A stretch of 64,000 nucleotides of DNA from Candidatus Cloacimonadota bacterium (GCA_963667255.1 OY762940.1:1152001-1216000), one strand, 5' to 3'; positions 22,101 to 31,007 are shown, counted from the first letter of the stretch. Translations and numbers: made by a program. Notes: a model not told the origin generated them from the letters alone.

Positions 22101-22383
22101 GTTCGGAGCCATAGGCGTCAACACTTTGTCAACCATTGCGTATTACACCATCAGTGTCTTGGCAAAAAAAGCAGGTATCAAAAAGGTTGAACATTTCAAA
22201 AAGAGATTTCTTCTAACTTTTGCTATCGTTCCACAGCAAGCGAAACTAAGAGATTTGATGACCAGCAAGTATCAAGTGGAGTTTGACCTCTCGCAAAATT
22301 TTCAACTAAAGGTCATAATCGGGGAGAAACAGGATTTGGCGAAGATGGTGGAGATTATGGTGTTGATAGATGAATCAAATTAG
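19111..22383 (+). CDS. mfd: Transcription-repair coupling factor
   Basis: UvrB-like N-terminus, CarD-like VHSDYGIG, GDVGYGKTEVA, DEEHRFG, SATPIPRTL, QLRGRVGRS, C-terminal TRCF domain. Confidence 0.96.
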   Translation: MKSILDKIAESSLIKEFLSLPERTVFGTNCALDIALRLYFLSVDKKKKVLFISSDIAKIQEIISDINKIQSDFAHFLPDFDLLPYEGRSSSLGVLEQRIVVLDSFFSNKSGVYCLSPSAALRNLPKKSKFTSIKLQVGEEISQEVLSEKLIGLGYCKSYQVYNGGEFATRGEIFDICIPGEESGVRIEYEYDTISKIRYFDLQTQLTTIELKLIRILPAREFSLFEAVPTSDKLGDKIKEFGYYHGIENDLSGIFSVEAMIEKQNVLIFLDDLDLSSVHAELVKEADLAMQEAERPLVEFWDIFVKDDVLNSVLQSTYFLSNIYDSEKEFLPSPMQVGMNFQGNLELLRLEIKNLSDSGHAIVLQADNKAQIKRVKKILNNEFEISYNLGVFSTGFSLEDVQLSVFTDHQIFNRYISKQNSFKGNPTIKKAETLQQGEYLVHSDYGIGIYGGLKTTVVDGKTIECLVLYYQGGDAIYLPSYALDKVSKFVAAEGIEVKQDKIGSKRWQNTKLKVKEQIKVVAKDLVDFYAKRSKERGIPFLPDNELQESMENEFLYEPTRDQAEAICQIKKDMESDKPMERLLCGDVGYGKTEVAVRAAFKAVSSSYQVAVLSPTTLLCEQLFTVFSQRLAMYPVRIKMLSRFVKKSEQKKTVSELAEGKVDIVIGTHRLLSSDINFSKLGLLIIDEEHRFGVRAKEKLRKLRRNIDTLYMSATPIPRTLNMALSGVKDISLILSGPKYRLPVKTVVSYYQKNLLKHAIQKEVNRGGQVFFVHNRVESIGKELEKLQELLPNVSMKAAHGQMKETELEEIILDFYHNKFSVLVCTGIIENGIDIANANTMIVNRADLFGLSSLYQLRGRVGRSSQRAYCYYLLPKHSDLHQYKRLQSLSEQGSNGYKVAMLDMQIRGVGSMVGTGQSGNIAQIGFNYYNNLLRDAITNMGEKEHYKVKEVDVNLDGEFYIPADYIADAELRLEIYSRMLNFKSKTDFDQLVFELEDRFGAIGVNTLSTIAYYTISVLAKKAGIKKVEHFKKRFLLTFAIVPQQAKLRDLMTSKYQVEFDLSQNFQLKVIIGEKQDLAKMVEIMVLIDESN

Positions 22384-23460
22384 CTGGCAACCTTCGTTTG
22401 TCACAATCACATCATCTTCCACTCTGATGCCGAATTGTTCTTGCCAAAAATAGAGACCGGGCTCAACCGTAATAACCATTCCTTTTGCAAGCGGAATATC
22501 AGGCAGGCTATAGTCGTGAGCCTCCAAGCCCAGATGATGAGAAACTCCATGCATATAATAGGCGGGCAATTGCTCCTCTGTGGAAATTATATTCAATTTG
22601 GCTAAGCCCTCAAAAAGAGTTTTTTTGCATATATTGTTCAGTTCTTTCAAAGTTATTCCTGATTTTATGTTTTTGATAACCTCTTTTTGAGCATTGACAA
22701 CAAGATTCAAAGCGTTTTCTTGTAGGGCAGACGGCTTAAGGAAAAAGGTTCGGGAAACATCCGCACAATAATTGTTGGACTTTGCTCCGACATCGAAGAG
22801 AACACTATTTTTGAGCGTGCCGTTATAGTTCTCTTTATGCAAGACGCACGAGCTTTCGTCGCAAGCGATTATAGAGGGGAAAGCAAGTTCCGAGACATTT
22901 TTTTTCGCGAGAAAATAGTCAAATTCGCTTTTCAAATCCAGTTCAGTGACATTGGGTTTTAGGAACTTCTCCAAATGTCCAAGAGCTTGCTTGGTAATAA
23001 AGTTGGCTTTCCTGATATTTTCCAATTCGGAGTCGTCTTTTACCATTCGCAGAGGTGCCAATTTCAGAGCTAAATTGCATATATTGACCTTGGTTAATTT
23101 TTTTTTCAGAAGATTGTTTGTTTGCACAAGATGTTCGATTTTGGGGGATTGAAGAGAGAGGTTTAAATCTGTATAGATGCTTTCAACTTTCAGTTTTCTT
23201 AGTATTCCAAGGATATTTTTGCTCTCTTCCGCTTTGCCATCTTCGTAACTTGGTGTGATTTTTCCCGTCCAAATTGCTTCTAATCGCGTTCTATGGGTAA
23301 TGAAGTAAACGACTTCAGTTTTGGAAACAAGTAAAAAATCAGCCTCTTGGAATCCCAAATATAACAAATTGGCATTGTCGCAAACTAAAGCAACTTCTTT
23401 TTCCGTCAGGCTATTTTGAAGATTGTGGACTCTTTTGATGTTACTCGAAAAGGTCTTCAT
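22375..23460 (-). CDS. Xaa-Pro aminopeptidase (M24B)
   Basis: DVGA, ADVSRT, HGVSHHLGLEAHD, TVEPGLY, GIRVEDD. Confidence 0.9.
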   Translation of the reverse strand: MKTFSSNIKRVHNLQNSLTEKEVALVCDNANLLYLGFQEADFLLVSKTEVVYFITHRTRLEAIWTGKITPSYEDGKAEESKNILGILRKLKVESIYTDLNLSLQSPKIEHLVQTNNLLKKKLTKVNICNLALKLAPLRMVKDDSELENIRKANFITKQALGHLEKFLKPNVTELDLKSEFDYFLAKKNVSELAFPSIIACDESSCVLHKENYNGTLKNSVLFDVGAKSNNYCADVSRTFFLKPSALQENALNLVVNAQKEVIKNIKSGITLKELNNICKKTLFEGLAKLNIISTEEQLPAYYMHGVSHHLGLEAHDYSLPDIPLAKGMVITVEPGLYFWQEQFGIRVEDDVIVTNEGCQLI

Positions 23461-24052
23461 AATTTACTTTGTCATCATCGGATTTGGAAGATGAGCCGGA
23501 ACTTTTGCTATTTAGGTTACCAAGACTGACATCCAAATCGATTTGCCCACCCATTTCCACATCTTTGCCTGCTGCTGGCACGGACGAAAGAACAATGTTT
23601 TTGTCCATTTTTTGATTATAATATTTGGAAATTTTCCCGACTTTTAGTCCGAGAGCGTTCAGTTGCTCTTTGACCAACTCTAAATCTGTGCCACTCAACA
23701 GCGGAACTTTGATGAGTTTAGCCCCTTTGCTGATGACAACATCGATAGTGCGAAATCTTTTTACCAAAGAGCTGTCTTTTGGATTTTGTTCGATAACACA
23801 CCCTTCAGGATAGGCACTGCTATACTCTCTTTTCAAATCTTGTATGTAGAGTTTGTTATCTTTGCAGATGTCAGTAGCTCGTGAGTAGGTGAGCCCTACC
23901 AATTGCGGAACTCTAACCTCTTTCCCGTGATCGACCACCAACTTCATAACGATATCGGTGGAGAATAAGCCCAAGAAGAAGAGGACAATAACAATGCCGG
24001 CTACAAGGAAAGCGGCAACAATTTTTTTAATAAGTTTCTTTCTATTTTCCAC
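23441..24052 (-). CDS. Membrane-anchored PASTA-domain protein (2 PASTA, no kinase)
   Basis: N-terminal TM; VPQLVG...VIEQNP and VPLLSG...VLSSVPAAG repeats. Confidence 0.85.
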   Translation of the reverse strand: MENRKKLIKKIVAAFLVAGIVIVLFFLGLFSTDIVMKLVVDHGKEVRVPQLVGLTYSRATDICKDNKLYIQDLKREYSSAYPEGCVIEQNPKDSSLVKRFRTIDVVISKGAKLIKVPLLSGTDLELVKEQLNALGLKVGKISKYYNQKMDKNIVLSSVPAAGKDVEMGGQIDLDVSLGNLNSKSSGSSSKSDDDKVNYEDLFE

Positions 24053-24072
24053 AGCACAAATTTCCTATTTTT

Positions 24073-26283
24073 TTATGATCTTTTTACTCTTTTTTCAATA
24101 TGCCTTATCGCACCCATTTTTTCCAGCTCTTGCGTAGCATTATTAAGGGCTTGAGGAGTATCGCCTATCACAAACAAAGAGATTTCCAAATCGTGATCTT
24201 TACGCAACTTGCTGCTCGTCTTTTCCACTATTAAATCAAATTTCGCCATAACAGAAAGAATGTCGATTAAAATATTGTTTTTATTCTTACAAACTATCCT
24301 GAGCCGGCTTTTTTGACCCTTTTTGTTTTTCTGTCCTCCGGAATAATCCCACTCAACGGCAATAAACCTTTCGGGAGATTGCTCTTTCATCAATAAAAAA
24401 TTTGGTTCGTGGCAATCTTTGCGATGAATAATTATCCCTCTACCTTTGGTCACAAAGCCGATAATCTCTTCGTCCGGCACAGGCGAACAACATCCGGCAT
24501 ATCTTATCATCAGATTTTTTTGCCCGTCCACCATCACGCCACTTACGACTTCTACTTTTACTTCCTTCTTCTTATCAGCTAATTTTTTGGTATTTTCCGG
24601 AATATTTGCTGTCAGTTTTTCGAGAACTTGTTGGAAAATAATGTTACCTTGTCCTAATCCTGCGTAAAAATCTTGAGCGTTGGAGATATGAAATTTTTTG
24701 GCTAAATCGACAATCTCTTGTTCAGAATTGAATTTTAGATGATATTTTCGGCATTTTTTTATAAAAATCTCTTTCCCCAGTTCTATAGCATCTTCCAGCC
24801 GTCTTTTCTTGATGTAGGAGCGGATTTTGGAGCGAGCTTTTGAGGTTTTGACAAACCTCAGCCAGTTTTCGCTTATATTGATTTTGTTGGAGGTTTCCAC
24901 TTCGACTTTGTCGCCAGTATCCAATTCTGTTTTCAGAGGCTTGATGACACCGTTGATTTTCCCGCTGACACAGCAAGAGCCGACTTGCGAGTGGATGGCG
25001 AACGCAAAATCCAAAATGGAAGAGCCTTGAGGGAGCTCGACTAAGTCTCCCTGTGGAGTCATCACGATGATAATTTCGGGATACAAATCCATTTGCAGGT
25101 TGTCCAAAAAGTCCTCACTCTCCAACTCAATATTGTTCATCAAAAATTGTCGAACAAACCCTATTTGCGATTCAAAATCTTGGTTCACTCCATGAGAAGC
25201 CAATTTTCCCAAATTTTTATTGGAATAGTTCATATTTTCTTTGTATCTCCAGTGAGCGGCAACGCCTTCTTCAGCGAATTTGTCCATTGTGTGAGTGCGG
25301 ATTTGGACTTCCAATTTCTTATTCTCGGGACCAATCACAACAGTGTGCAGAGATTGATAGCCGTTGGGTTTTGGACTCGCTATGTAGTCTTTGACTTTGT
25401 TTAGTGGTTTGTAAACCGCATGTAAGGCACCGAAAGCGTAGTAGCATTCTTCTTGAGTGTTGACTAATATTCTTATGGCGTTCAAGTCCAAAATTTCTTC
25501 GTAAGGCACGCCTCTGACATTGTGTTTCCTAAAAATGCTGTAAAAATGTTTGCTTCTGGCGAGAACTTTTGCCTCTATTTTGTATTTGGTTAATTGATTT
25601 TTTATTTGGGCACAGACAACATCGTTCAGAAATTTGTCTCTTTGCTCTTTTTTCAGTTGCACCAAGCTGGCAATTCTTTTGTAAGCTTTGGGATGCAAAA
25701 TTTTTAAGCAACGGTCTTCCAATTCGTTTTTTATGGAGGACAAACCAAATCTATTTGCCAAAGGGGCATAAATAGATAGAGTGGACTGGGCAATTTTTTT
25801 TTGCTTGGACTCGGACAAGTATTTGATGGTTCTGATATTGTGGAGTCTGTCCGCCAATTTTATCAAGATAACTCTGATGTCTTTCGTGATGGAAATCAAT
25901 AGTTTACGGAAATTTTCGGCTTGTTTTTCCATTTGAGAAGAATCTTTGAAATGGAAATCGGAGATTTTGGTTACGCCTTCCACCAAGTTGGCAACTCTTT
26001 CGCCGAAAATTTCTTTAACATCAGAAAAGTCGTATTTGGTGTCTTCGATAACATCGTGCAATATGCCAGCGATAAGCACCGAGGTATCCATATTGAGTTC
26101 GGCGAGGATATAGGCTGTGTTCAGGGGATGAATTATATAGTCATCTCCCGAGCTCCTTTTTTGTCCTTCATGGGCTTTAGTGGCGAAATCAACAGCCTTT
26201 TTTAGCAAATCTAAATCTACTTTTGCAGATAGCTTTTCTAAATTCACCCAAAAATTTTCGGGTGTTATTTCGATATACTTCAT
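24073..26283 (-). CDS. spoT: Long RelA/SpoT homolog, bifunctional (p)ppGpp synthetase/hydrolase
   Basis: Intact HD motif (ILHDVIED), KLADRLHN, KPNGYQSLHT, EVQIRT, TGS (DFAFAIHS), CC.PVP, ACT-like C-terminus. Confidence 0.95.
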   Translation of the reverse strand: MKYIEITPENFWVNLEKLSAKVDLDLLKKAVDFATKAHEGQKRSSGDDYIIHPLNTAYILAELNMDTSVLIAGILHDVIEDTKYDFSDVKEIFGERVANLVEGVTKISDFHFKDSSQMEKQAENFRKLLISITKDIRVILIKLADRLHNIRTIKYLSESKQKKIAQSTLSIYAPLANRFGLSSIKNELEDRCLKILHPKAYKRIASLVQLKKEQRDKFLNDVVCAQIKNQLTKYKIEAKVLARSKHFYSIFRKHNVRGVPYEEILDLNAIRILVNTQEECYYAFGALHAVYKPLNKVKDYIASPKPNGYQSLHTVVIGPENKKLEVQIRTHTMDKFAEEGVAAHWRYKENMNYSNKNLGKLASHGVNQDFESQIGFVRQFLMNNIELESEDFLDNLQMDLYPEIIIVMTPQGDLVELPQGSSILDFAFAIHSQVGSCCVSGKINGVIKPLKTELDTGDKVEVETSNKINISENWLRFVKTSKARSKIRSYIKKRRLEDAIELGKEIFIKKCRKYHLKFNSEQEIVDLAKKFHISNAQDFYAGLGQGNIIFQQVLEKLTANIPENTKKLADKKKEVKVEVVSGVMVDGQKNLMIRYAGCCSPVPDEEIIGFVTKGRGIIIHRKDCHEPNFLLMKEQSPERFIAVEWDYSGGQKNKKGQKSRLRIVCKNKNNILIDILSVMAKFDLIVEKTSSKLRKDHDLEISLFVIGDTPQALNNATQELEKMGAIRHIEKRVKRS

Positions 26284-27366
26284 CTAACTGATTTTTGATT
26301 TCAAGAGGTTTGAAAAAATCTTGATTAGCAGTCTGTAATTCATCAGCATATTGGTGTAAGCGACATTTGCCAACGGGCAGAAACAATTGATATCTTTTAT
26401 CTCTTTTCTGATTTTATCGGCTTTTCCCGAAAACCAAATGTCCGAAAATTTTTCTTTTGTTACATTTCCGATATTTTGTGCTTTCATACAGCAAAACCAA
26501 ACATCGCCGTTGGGAGCAAGTTGCATAGAGGCAATCCCCGCATAGCAATCGTAAACTTTCGTCTCATCCGCCAAGATTTTTTTTACCATTTCGTAGTAGA
26601 GCAATCTGAAACATTGGGTGATTTTGTTAAATCCGTGATAGGTGTCGGTTTTGATTTTGTGGATGAGCAAATCGACAGCCGAGGCGTAATTCCATGGGGC
26701 AGGGGAGATTTGGCTAGTTAGCGTGTCCAGTTCGACTCTATTTTCGGCTATTTCCGTTAGATATGCGTCAGGTTGCATATCCATAAGAGTTTGGCTCACG
26801 AATGCAAAATTTTGCGAATTAAATCGGGAGATGACTGTGTGAATGCCCACATTCAAATTTTTGCAGGTGTTTTTAACCTCTTTCAAACCTTGGAAAGTGA
26901 GCAAAGCTTTGTTGTAAGCACCGTTTACACCTCTGATGATGTCGTCTTGTTTGCCGATTTCATCTATGGACAAATTTATGTTTATTTGGGTTTTTTTGCA
27001 ATACTGACAGATTTGTTTGGTAAGTGGAGCGATTTTTTCGTGTAGCAATCCATTTGTAGGGATGTTGATGATTGCCGGCTTGGAGATGTCGTATATTATT
27101 TTGATTATCTCAAACAACTCTTTTCGCAAAAAAGGCTCGCCACCCGATAGAGTTATCCAATAAGGAGATTTACCGACTTGCTTGAAAAATCGTTTATACT
27201 CTTCCAAACTCAACTCTTTCGATTTTTTGTAGTAAATCCCGCAAGTTTTACATCGTGAGTTGCATTTGTAGCTTAGGCTGATGGTGTAGTTGATGGGTAA
27301 AATCCTCGGCCAGCCGAATTTTCGTTGCAGTTTATAAATAAAAGTTTTGAGCAAAACGATTAACAT
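26284..27366 (-). CDS. Radical SAM protein with SPASM/twitch domain
   Basis: CNSRCKTC (CxxxCxxC), SGGEPFLR, C-terminal CYAG...NGDVWFCC...IGN...C.CP. Confidence 0.88.
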   Translation of the reverse strand: MLIVLLKTFIYKLQRKFGWPRILPINYTISLSYKCNSRCKTCGIYYKKSKELSLEEYKRFFKQVGKSPYWITLSGGEPFLRKELFEIIKIIYDISKPAIINIPTNGLLHEKIAPLTKQICQYCKKTQININLSIDEIGKQDDIIRGVNGAYNKALLTFQGLKEVKNTCKNLNVGIHTVISRFNSQNFAFVSQTLMDMQPDAYLTEIAENRVELDTLTSQISPAPWNYASAVDLLIHKIKTDTYHGFNKITQCFRLLYYEMVKKILADETKVYDCYAGIASMQLAPNGDVWFCCMKAQNIGNVTKEKFSDIWFSGKADKIRKEIKDINCFCPLANVAYTNMLMNYRLLIKIFSNLLKSKIS

Positions 27367-27377
27367 TGAAATATCCT

Positions 27378-28277
27378 CTATTTAGTTTTTAGGTTTTTGG
27401 TTGATTTAGCTATCTCCCAGATTGTTGGGTTTTGCTTGGTGAGAGTGAATTTGATTTTTGCTACCATTCGGTAATAAATTTCCAATAAGATAGTTAGGCA
27501 AATCTTGTGAAACGACAGCGGGTGTTTTATTAATTGCTTGAGAAAGAGCTTGATGAGCAGTAAGCTATTCCCCGATGCGACTTGGTATTCCCAATATTTT
27601 GCGAGCCATTGATGCCCGATGGCAATCCTGACTCTTTGGATTTTGTAATCGTGAAAATTTTCCGGTCCCTTGTTGTGGATAATGGCTTCGGGCAGATAAA
27701 TTTTCATCAAACCTTTCTCTTTGATTTTTTGCTCGATGGACGCTTCATCGACTGCACTTTCCGTGGGAATAGAATCGAATAAGTGTCTGAAAGCAATCAT
27801 TTCTCCCAGTTTTGGGGAAACAAGAGCCATCTCGTGATGCATCTCCCACAGCGTGTGCACACAAAATCCAATCAAAGATTTGCGACTGTTAATCGGCACA
27901 GGACGACCGCCACTTGCTCCGATTTTTTCGTTTTCAAATGCGGAAATCAATATCTCCACAACATTGTCCTCGGGGATGACATCGGCGGAACTAATCAGGC
28001 AATTGTCGGCAGTGGCTTTTTGCAAAAAGAGGTTGATTGCGGAAGATTTCCCTTCTCTCTCTTTTTGCTTGATGAGAGAAACGATGGGGAATTGCTCTAT
28101 GAGTTTTTCCACGATATCGTCAGTATTGTCGTGGCAAGCTGAAGAAACAACAATGATTTCTTTGATTTGCACTTTGTCCAATTTCTGATTTAGAAAAGCA
28201 AAGATAAGGTTTTCGATGTTAGCCTCTTCGTTGTAGGCGATTATCCCGATGCTGACTTCCAAAAGATTTTTATTCAT
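27378..28277 (-). CDS. Glycosyltransferase family 2
   Basis: IIAYNEE.NI, D.T..IV, REGKSSAIN, SADV, QR.R; ATG 28277 overlaps dapF end. Confidence 0.85.
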   Translation of the reverse strand: MNKNLLEVSIGIIAYNEEANIENLIFAFLNQKLDKVQIKEIIVVSSACHDNTDDIVEKLIEQFPIVSLIKQKEREGKSSAINLFLQKATADNCLISSADVIPEDNVVEILISAFENEKIGASGGRPVPINSRKSLIGFCVHTLWEMHHEMALVSPKLGEMIAFRHLFDSIPTESAVDEASIEQKIKEKGLMKIYLPEAIIHNKGPENFHDYKIQRVRIAIGHQWLAKYWEYQVASGNSLLLIKLFLKQLIKHPLSFHKICLTILLEIYYRMVAKIKFTLTKQNPTIWEIAKSTKNLKTK

Positions 28278-29082
28278 AAAAAATTCCTGCACCAATTGTC
28301 TTCGCTTCTGCTTTCATAAAAATAGTGTTGTTGAGAATGGAAATATTCAACTCTCCGCCTTCCGCATGGACGGTCATTTCGGAGTTTGTCAGGTTGAGGG
28401 AATTGGCAATAAAAGCACTGGCACAGCATCCTGTGCCGCAAGCCAAAGTGTGCCCGGCACCGCGTTCCCAAGTGAAAACACTGATATTCTTTTTGTCTGA
28501 AATTTCGACAAAATTCACATTAATTCCCTCGGGGAAAAGTTCCAACTTCTCGATAGTGCTACCGTATTTTTCCACTAACTCTTTTCCGTTTGGAGCGAAG
28601 ATGACACCTTGCGGAACGCCGACTTGAGCAAGATAGAGATTGAATTTATTGTCCAAAATGGGATAGTTCCAAATATTCTTCCAAGGAGAATAAGTTTCTC
28701 TCAAAAGCGGGACTCCCATCTCAATTTTTACTTGAGAGGATATCTCGTTTTTATCGCCAAAGAGTTCGATTTTTTTTTGTCCGTCGTCAGTCAAAACGGT
28801 AAAAATATTTTCTGTTACCAAGCCTTGGTCGTAGATAAATTTGCCGAAGCACCTGAGTCCATTGCCGCACATAGCTGCGTATGAGCCGTCAGTGTTTAGA
28901 TAGTCCATCTTGAGTTGGCTTTGCTCGGTTTTGCGTAATAGAATAAGTCCGTCGCCTCCTATTCCGAAACGACGGTCACATATTTTTTTGGCTAATAGGC
29001 TGGGATTTGTTATCTTTTTTTCTAAATCCTCGATAACAACGAAGTCGTTGCCAAGCCCAACCATTTTGGTAAAATTTATCAC
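28270..29082 (-). CDS. dapF: Diaminopimelate epimerase
   Basis: FTKM.GLGNDF, RRFGIGGDG, MCGNGLRC, ERGAG.TLACGTG. Confidence 0.96.
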   Translation of the reverse strand: MINFTKMVGLGNDFVVIEDLEKKITNPSLLAKKICDRRFGIGGDGLILLRKTEQSQLKMDYLNTDGSYAAMCGNGLRCFGKFIYDQGLVTENIFTVLTDDGQKKIELFGDKNEISSQVKIEMGVPLLRETYSPWKNIWNYPILDNKFNLYLAQVGVPQGVIFAPNGKELVEKYGSTIEKLELFPEGINVNFVEISDKKNISVFTWERGAGHTLACGTGCCASAFIANSLNLTNSEMTVHAEGGELNISILNNTIFMKAEAKTIGAGIFYE

Positions 29083-29141
29083 TTTCCCTCGCTAAAAATT
29101 ATGTGCAAGGAATTGTGCTTGTCGATATTGTCAAATATTTT

Positions 29142-29313
29142 AGGTTGGGATTGTTCAGAGTTTAGCACTTCGACTTGCTGTGCAGTCGTTTGAGCCTCTG
29201 TTCCACCTCATTCCCGCGAAGGCGGGAACCCAGTTGGGGGAGCGGACAGGGACATACTTACCGAAAATAAGCAGTTCCTTGGTGGCGTGGTGGTAAAACT
29301 CTGAACGCTAATC
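29142..29313 (+). ncRNA. Candidate rod-shaped structured RNA, 6S RNA-like
   Basis: Ends pair (gttcagagttt 29153-29163 with aaactctgaac 29296-29306, extendable with G-U pairs); central unpaired region; inner stem; apical hairpin ttcccgc-gaag-gcgggaa; GC-richer than flanks; no ORF. Confidence 0.45.
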
Positions 29314-29361
29314 TGACCACTAAAATAAAGCTAATCTTTGAGACTGCATTTTAGTGGTCAG
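29313..29361. repeat. Perfect 14-bp inverted repeat with 21-nt spacer
   Basis: ctgaccactaaaat (29313-29326) and attttagtggtcag (29348-29361). Confidence 0.85.
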
Positions 29362-29488
29362 GTCCAGTCGGGTCAGGGCAGGGAAATTATCCATTGTAAC
29401 TGTCATTTTCCAATTGCATTTATGCTGTTTTCATTTGACAGAGTTGTAAACAAAAAAAACTCTCCTACAATAAAAAGAGGTTAACGAT

Positions 29489-29761
29489 ATGAAAAAGAAA
29501 CTTGTTCTACTGGGAGTTTTGCTCATCGGAGTGCTTGTGGTTTTCGCTATCTTGGACGATAGGATTAAGATTTCAGTTCTCTCTGTTTTGTTCGTTTTTG
29601 TTTTGTATTACATCAATAAAAATCGTAAATCGTGGTTTGACACAGATGTCTCTAAAATCAAGAAAATCAAGAACAAGCTGAAGTTGGAAGCTGCGTTTTA
29701 CCTAAATATAATTTTTTCGATAGCCTACATTGTGGGTTTGAGTGCCATTTTGACAAGATAG
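29489..29761 (+). CDS. Small hypothetical membrane protein
   Basis: 90-aa ORF, RBS AGAGG, three hydrophobic segments. Confidence 0.65.
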   Translation: MKKKLVLLGVLLIGVLVVFAILDDRIKISVLSVLFVFVLYYINKNRKSWFDTDVSKIKKIKNKLKLEAAFYLNIIFSIAYIVGLSAILTR

Positions 29762-29773
29762 GAGAGTTTTTAG

Positions 29774-30988
29774 ATGTTTAAATTGAAGTGTGTGAATTGC
29801 GGTCGTGAGTTTGCCAAAGGCGAGGTTGAGTATCTTTGCCCGACATGCGAGGCATCCAATGTCGAGGGACAACCGACTAAGGGGATTTTGAAGGTCATTT
29901 ACGATTACTCCAAGATTGACAAAAATTTTGAGAAATTGAAGAAGAACAGTTTTCTTGATTTGCTCCCGATAGATTCAGCCGATAGTTTCCCCAATTTGCG
30001 AGTTGGCAAGACGCCGATGTATAAATACAATAACTTGCCCAAGTATGGCGATTTGGATTTTAATCTGTTCATCAAGGACGAGGGCGTAAATCCGACTTTT
30101 TCTTTCAAAGATAGGGCTTCCTACATCGTTAGTGCTTATGCCAAGGAGAACGGGAAAGAGGTGATTGTTGCTGCTTCGACAGGTAATGCAGGTTCATCTT
30201 TAGCTGGGATTTGTGCGAGCCAAGGTCAAAAAGCCGTGATAATGGTGCCTACTGCTGCACCTATCGCCAAGCTCACTCAAGTGATGATGTATGGGGCGAA
30301 ACTCGTGCCGGTTGATGGGATTTACGATGATGCTTTCGCTTTGTCTATCGCTGCCAGCAAGAAATTCGGTTGGTATAATCGCAATACCGCTTACAATCCG
30401 CACACAGTTGAGGGCAAGAAGACGGTCTCTTTTGAAATTTATGACCAAATCAGAGCCGTTGACTTGGTTTTCGTCTCTGCCGGAGACGGTTGTATTGCCG
30501 GTGGAGTTTTCAAAGGTTTTGAGGACTTGCTCAAGGTTGGCATTATCAAGAAAGTCCCCAAGATTGTGGTGGTGCAGTCGGAGAAAAGTGCCAACATCTA
30601 CAACAACTACAAAACTGACGCTTTCACATGCGTTAGTGCTACGACTTTGGCGGATTCTATCTCCGTGGATGTTCCTGCCAACTATTATATGATGAAGCAG
30701 TTTTTGAGCGACTACGACAGCGATTGCATTACAGTGAGTGATGAAAAGATTTTGGAAGCCAGTCTCACCTTGAGCCAAAATACGGGAATATTCTCCGAGC
30801 CTGCCGCTGCGTGTGCTTTTGCGGGAATGTTGAAATATTCTCAAGAGGGTAATATTCCGAGTGGAAGCAACGCTTGTGTTCTTCTCACGGGAAGCGGTTT
30901 GAAAGATTTGGCGTCCGTTCGCGAGATTGTGAAAATGCCGAAAGCTATATCACCCAACGAGAAGTCGTTGGATAACATCTCTTTATAA
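29774..30988 (+). CDS. Threonine synthase-like PLP enzyme (fold type II) with N-terminal Zn ribbon
   Basis: CVNC...CPTC, NPTFSFKDR (PLP Lys), ASTGNAG, EGKKT, LLTGSGLKD. Confidence 0.85.
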   Translation: MFKLKCVNCGREFAKGEVEYLCPTCEASNVEGQPTKGILKVIYDYSKIDKNFEKLKKNSFLDLLPIDSADSFPNLRVGKTPMYKYNNLPKYGDLDFNLFIKDEGVNPTFSFKDRASYIVSAYAKENGKEVIVAASTGNAGSSLAGICASQGQKAVIMVPTAAPIAKLTQVMMYGAKLVPVDGIYDDAFALSIAASKKFGWYNRNTAYNPHTVEGKKTVSFEIYDQIRAVDLVFVSAGDGCIAGGVFKGFEDLLKVGIIKKVPKIVVVQSEKSANIYNNYKTDAFTCVSATTLADSISVDVPANYYMMKQFLSDYDSDCITVSDEKILEASLTLSQNTGIFSEPAAACAFAGMLKYSQEGNIPSGSNACVLLTGSGLKDLASVREIVKMPKAISPNEKSLDNISL

Positions 30989-31007
30989 TTTTGCAAAATT
31001 TATATTT

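Noticed and set aside
29260..29361. T-box leader for the downstream thrC-like gene
   Set aside because: No GGTGGNACCGCG T-box and no terminator with a U-tract
29376..29383. KOPS-like GGGCAGGG oriented toward dif
   Set aside because: A single instance noticed; not enough to claim a polarised motif
29355..29385. SRP RNA suggested by gtcaggtcc
   Set aside because: The GGAAGGAAGCAG continuation and SRP helix are absent
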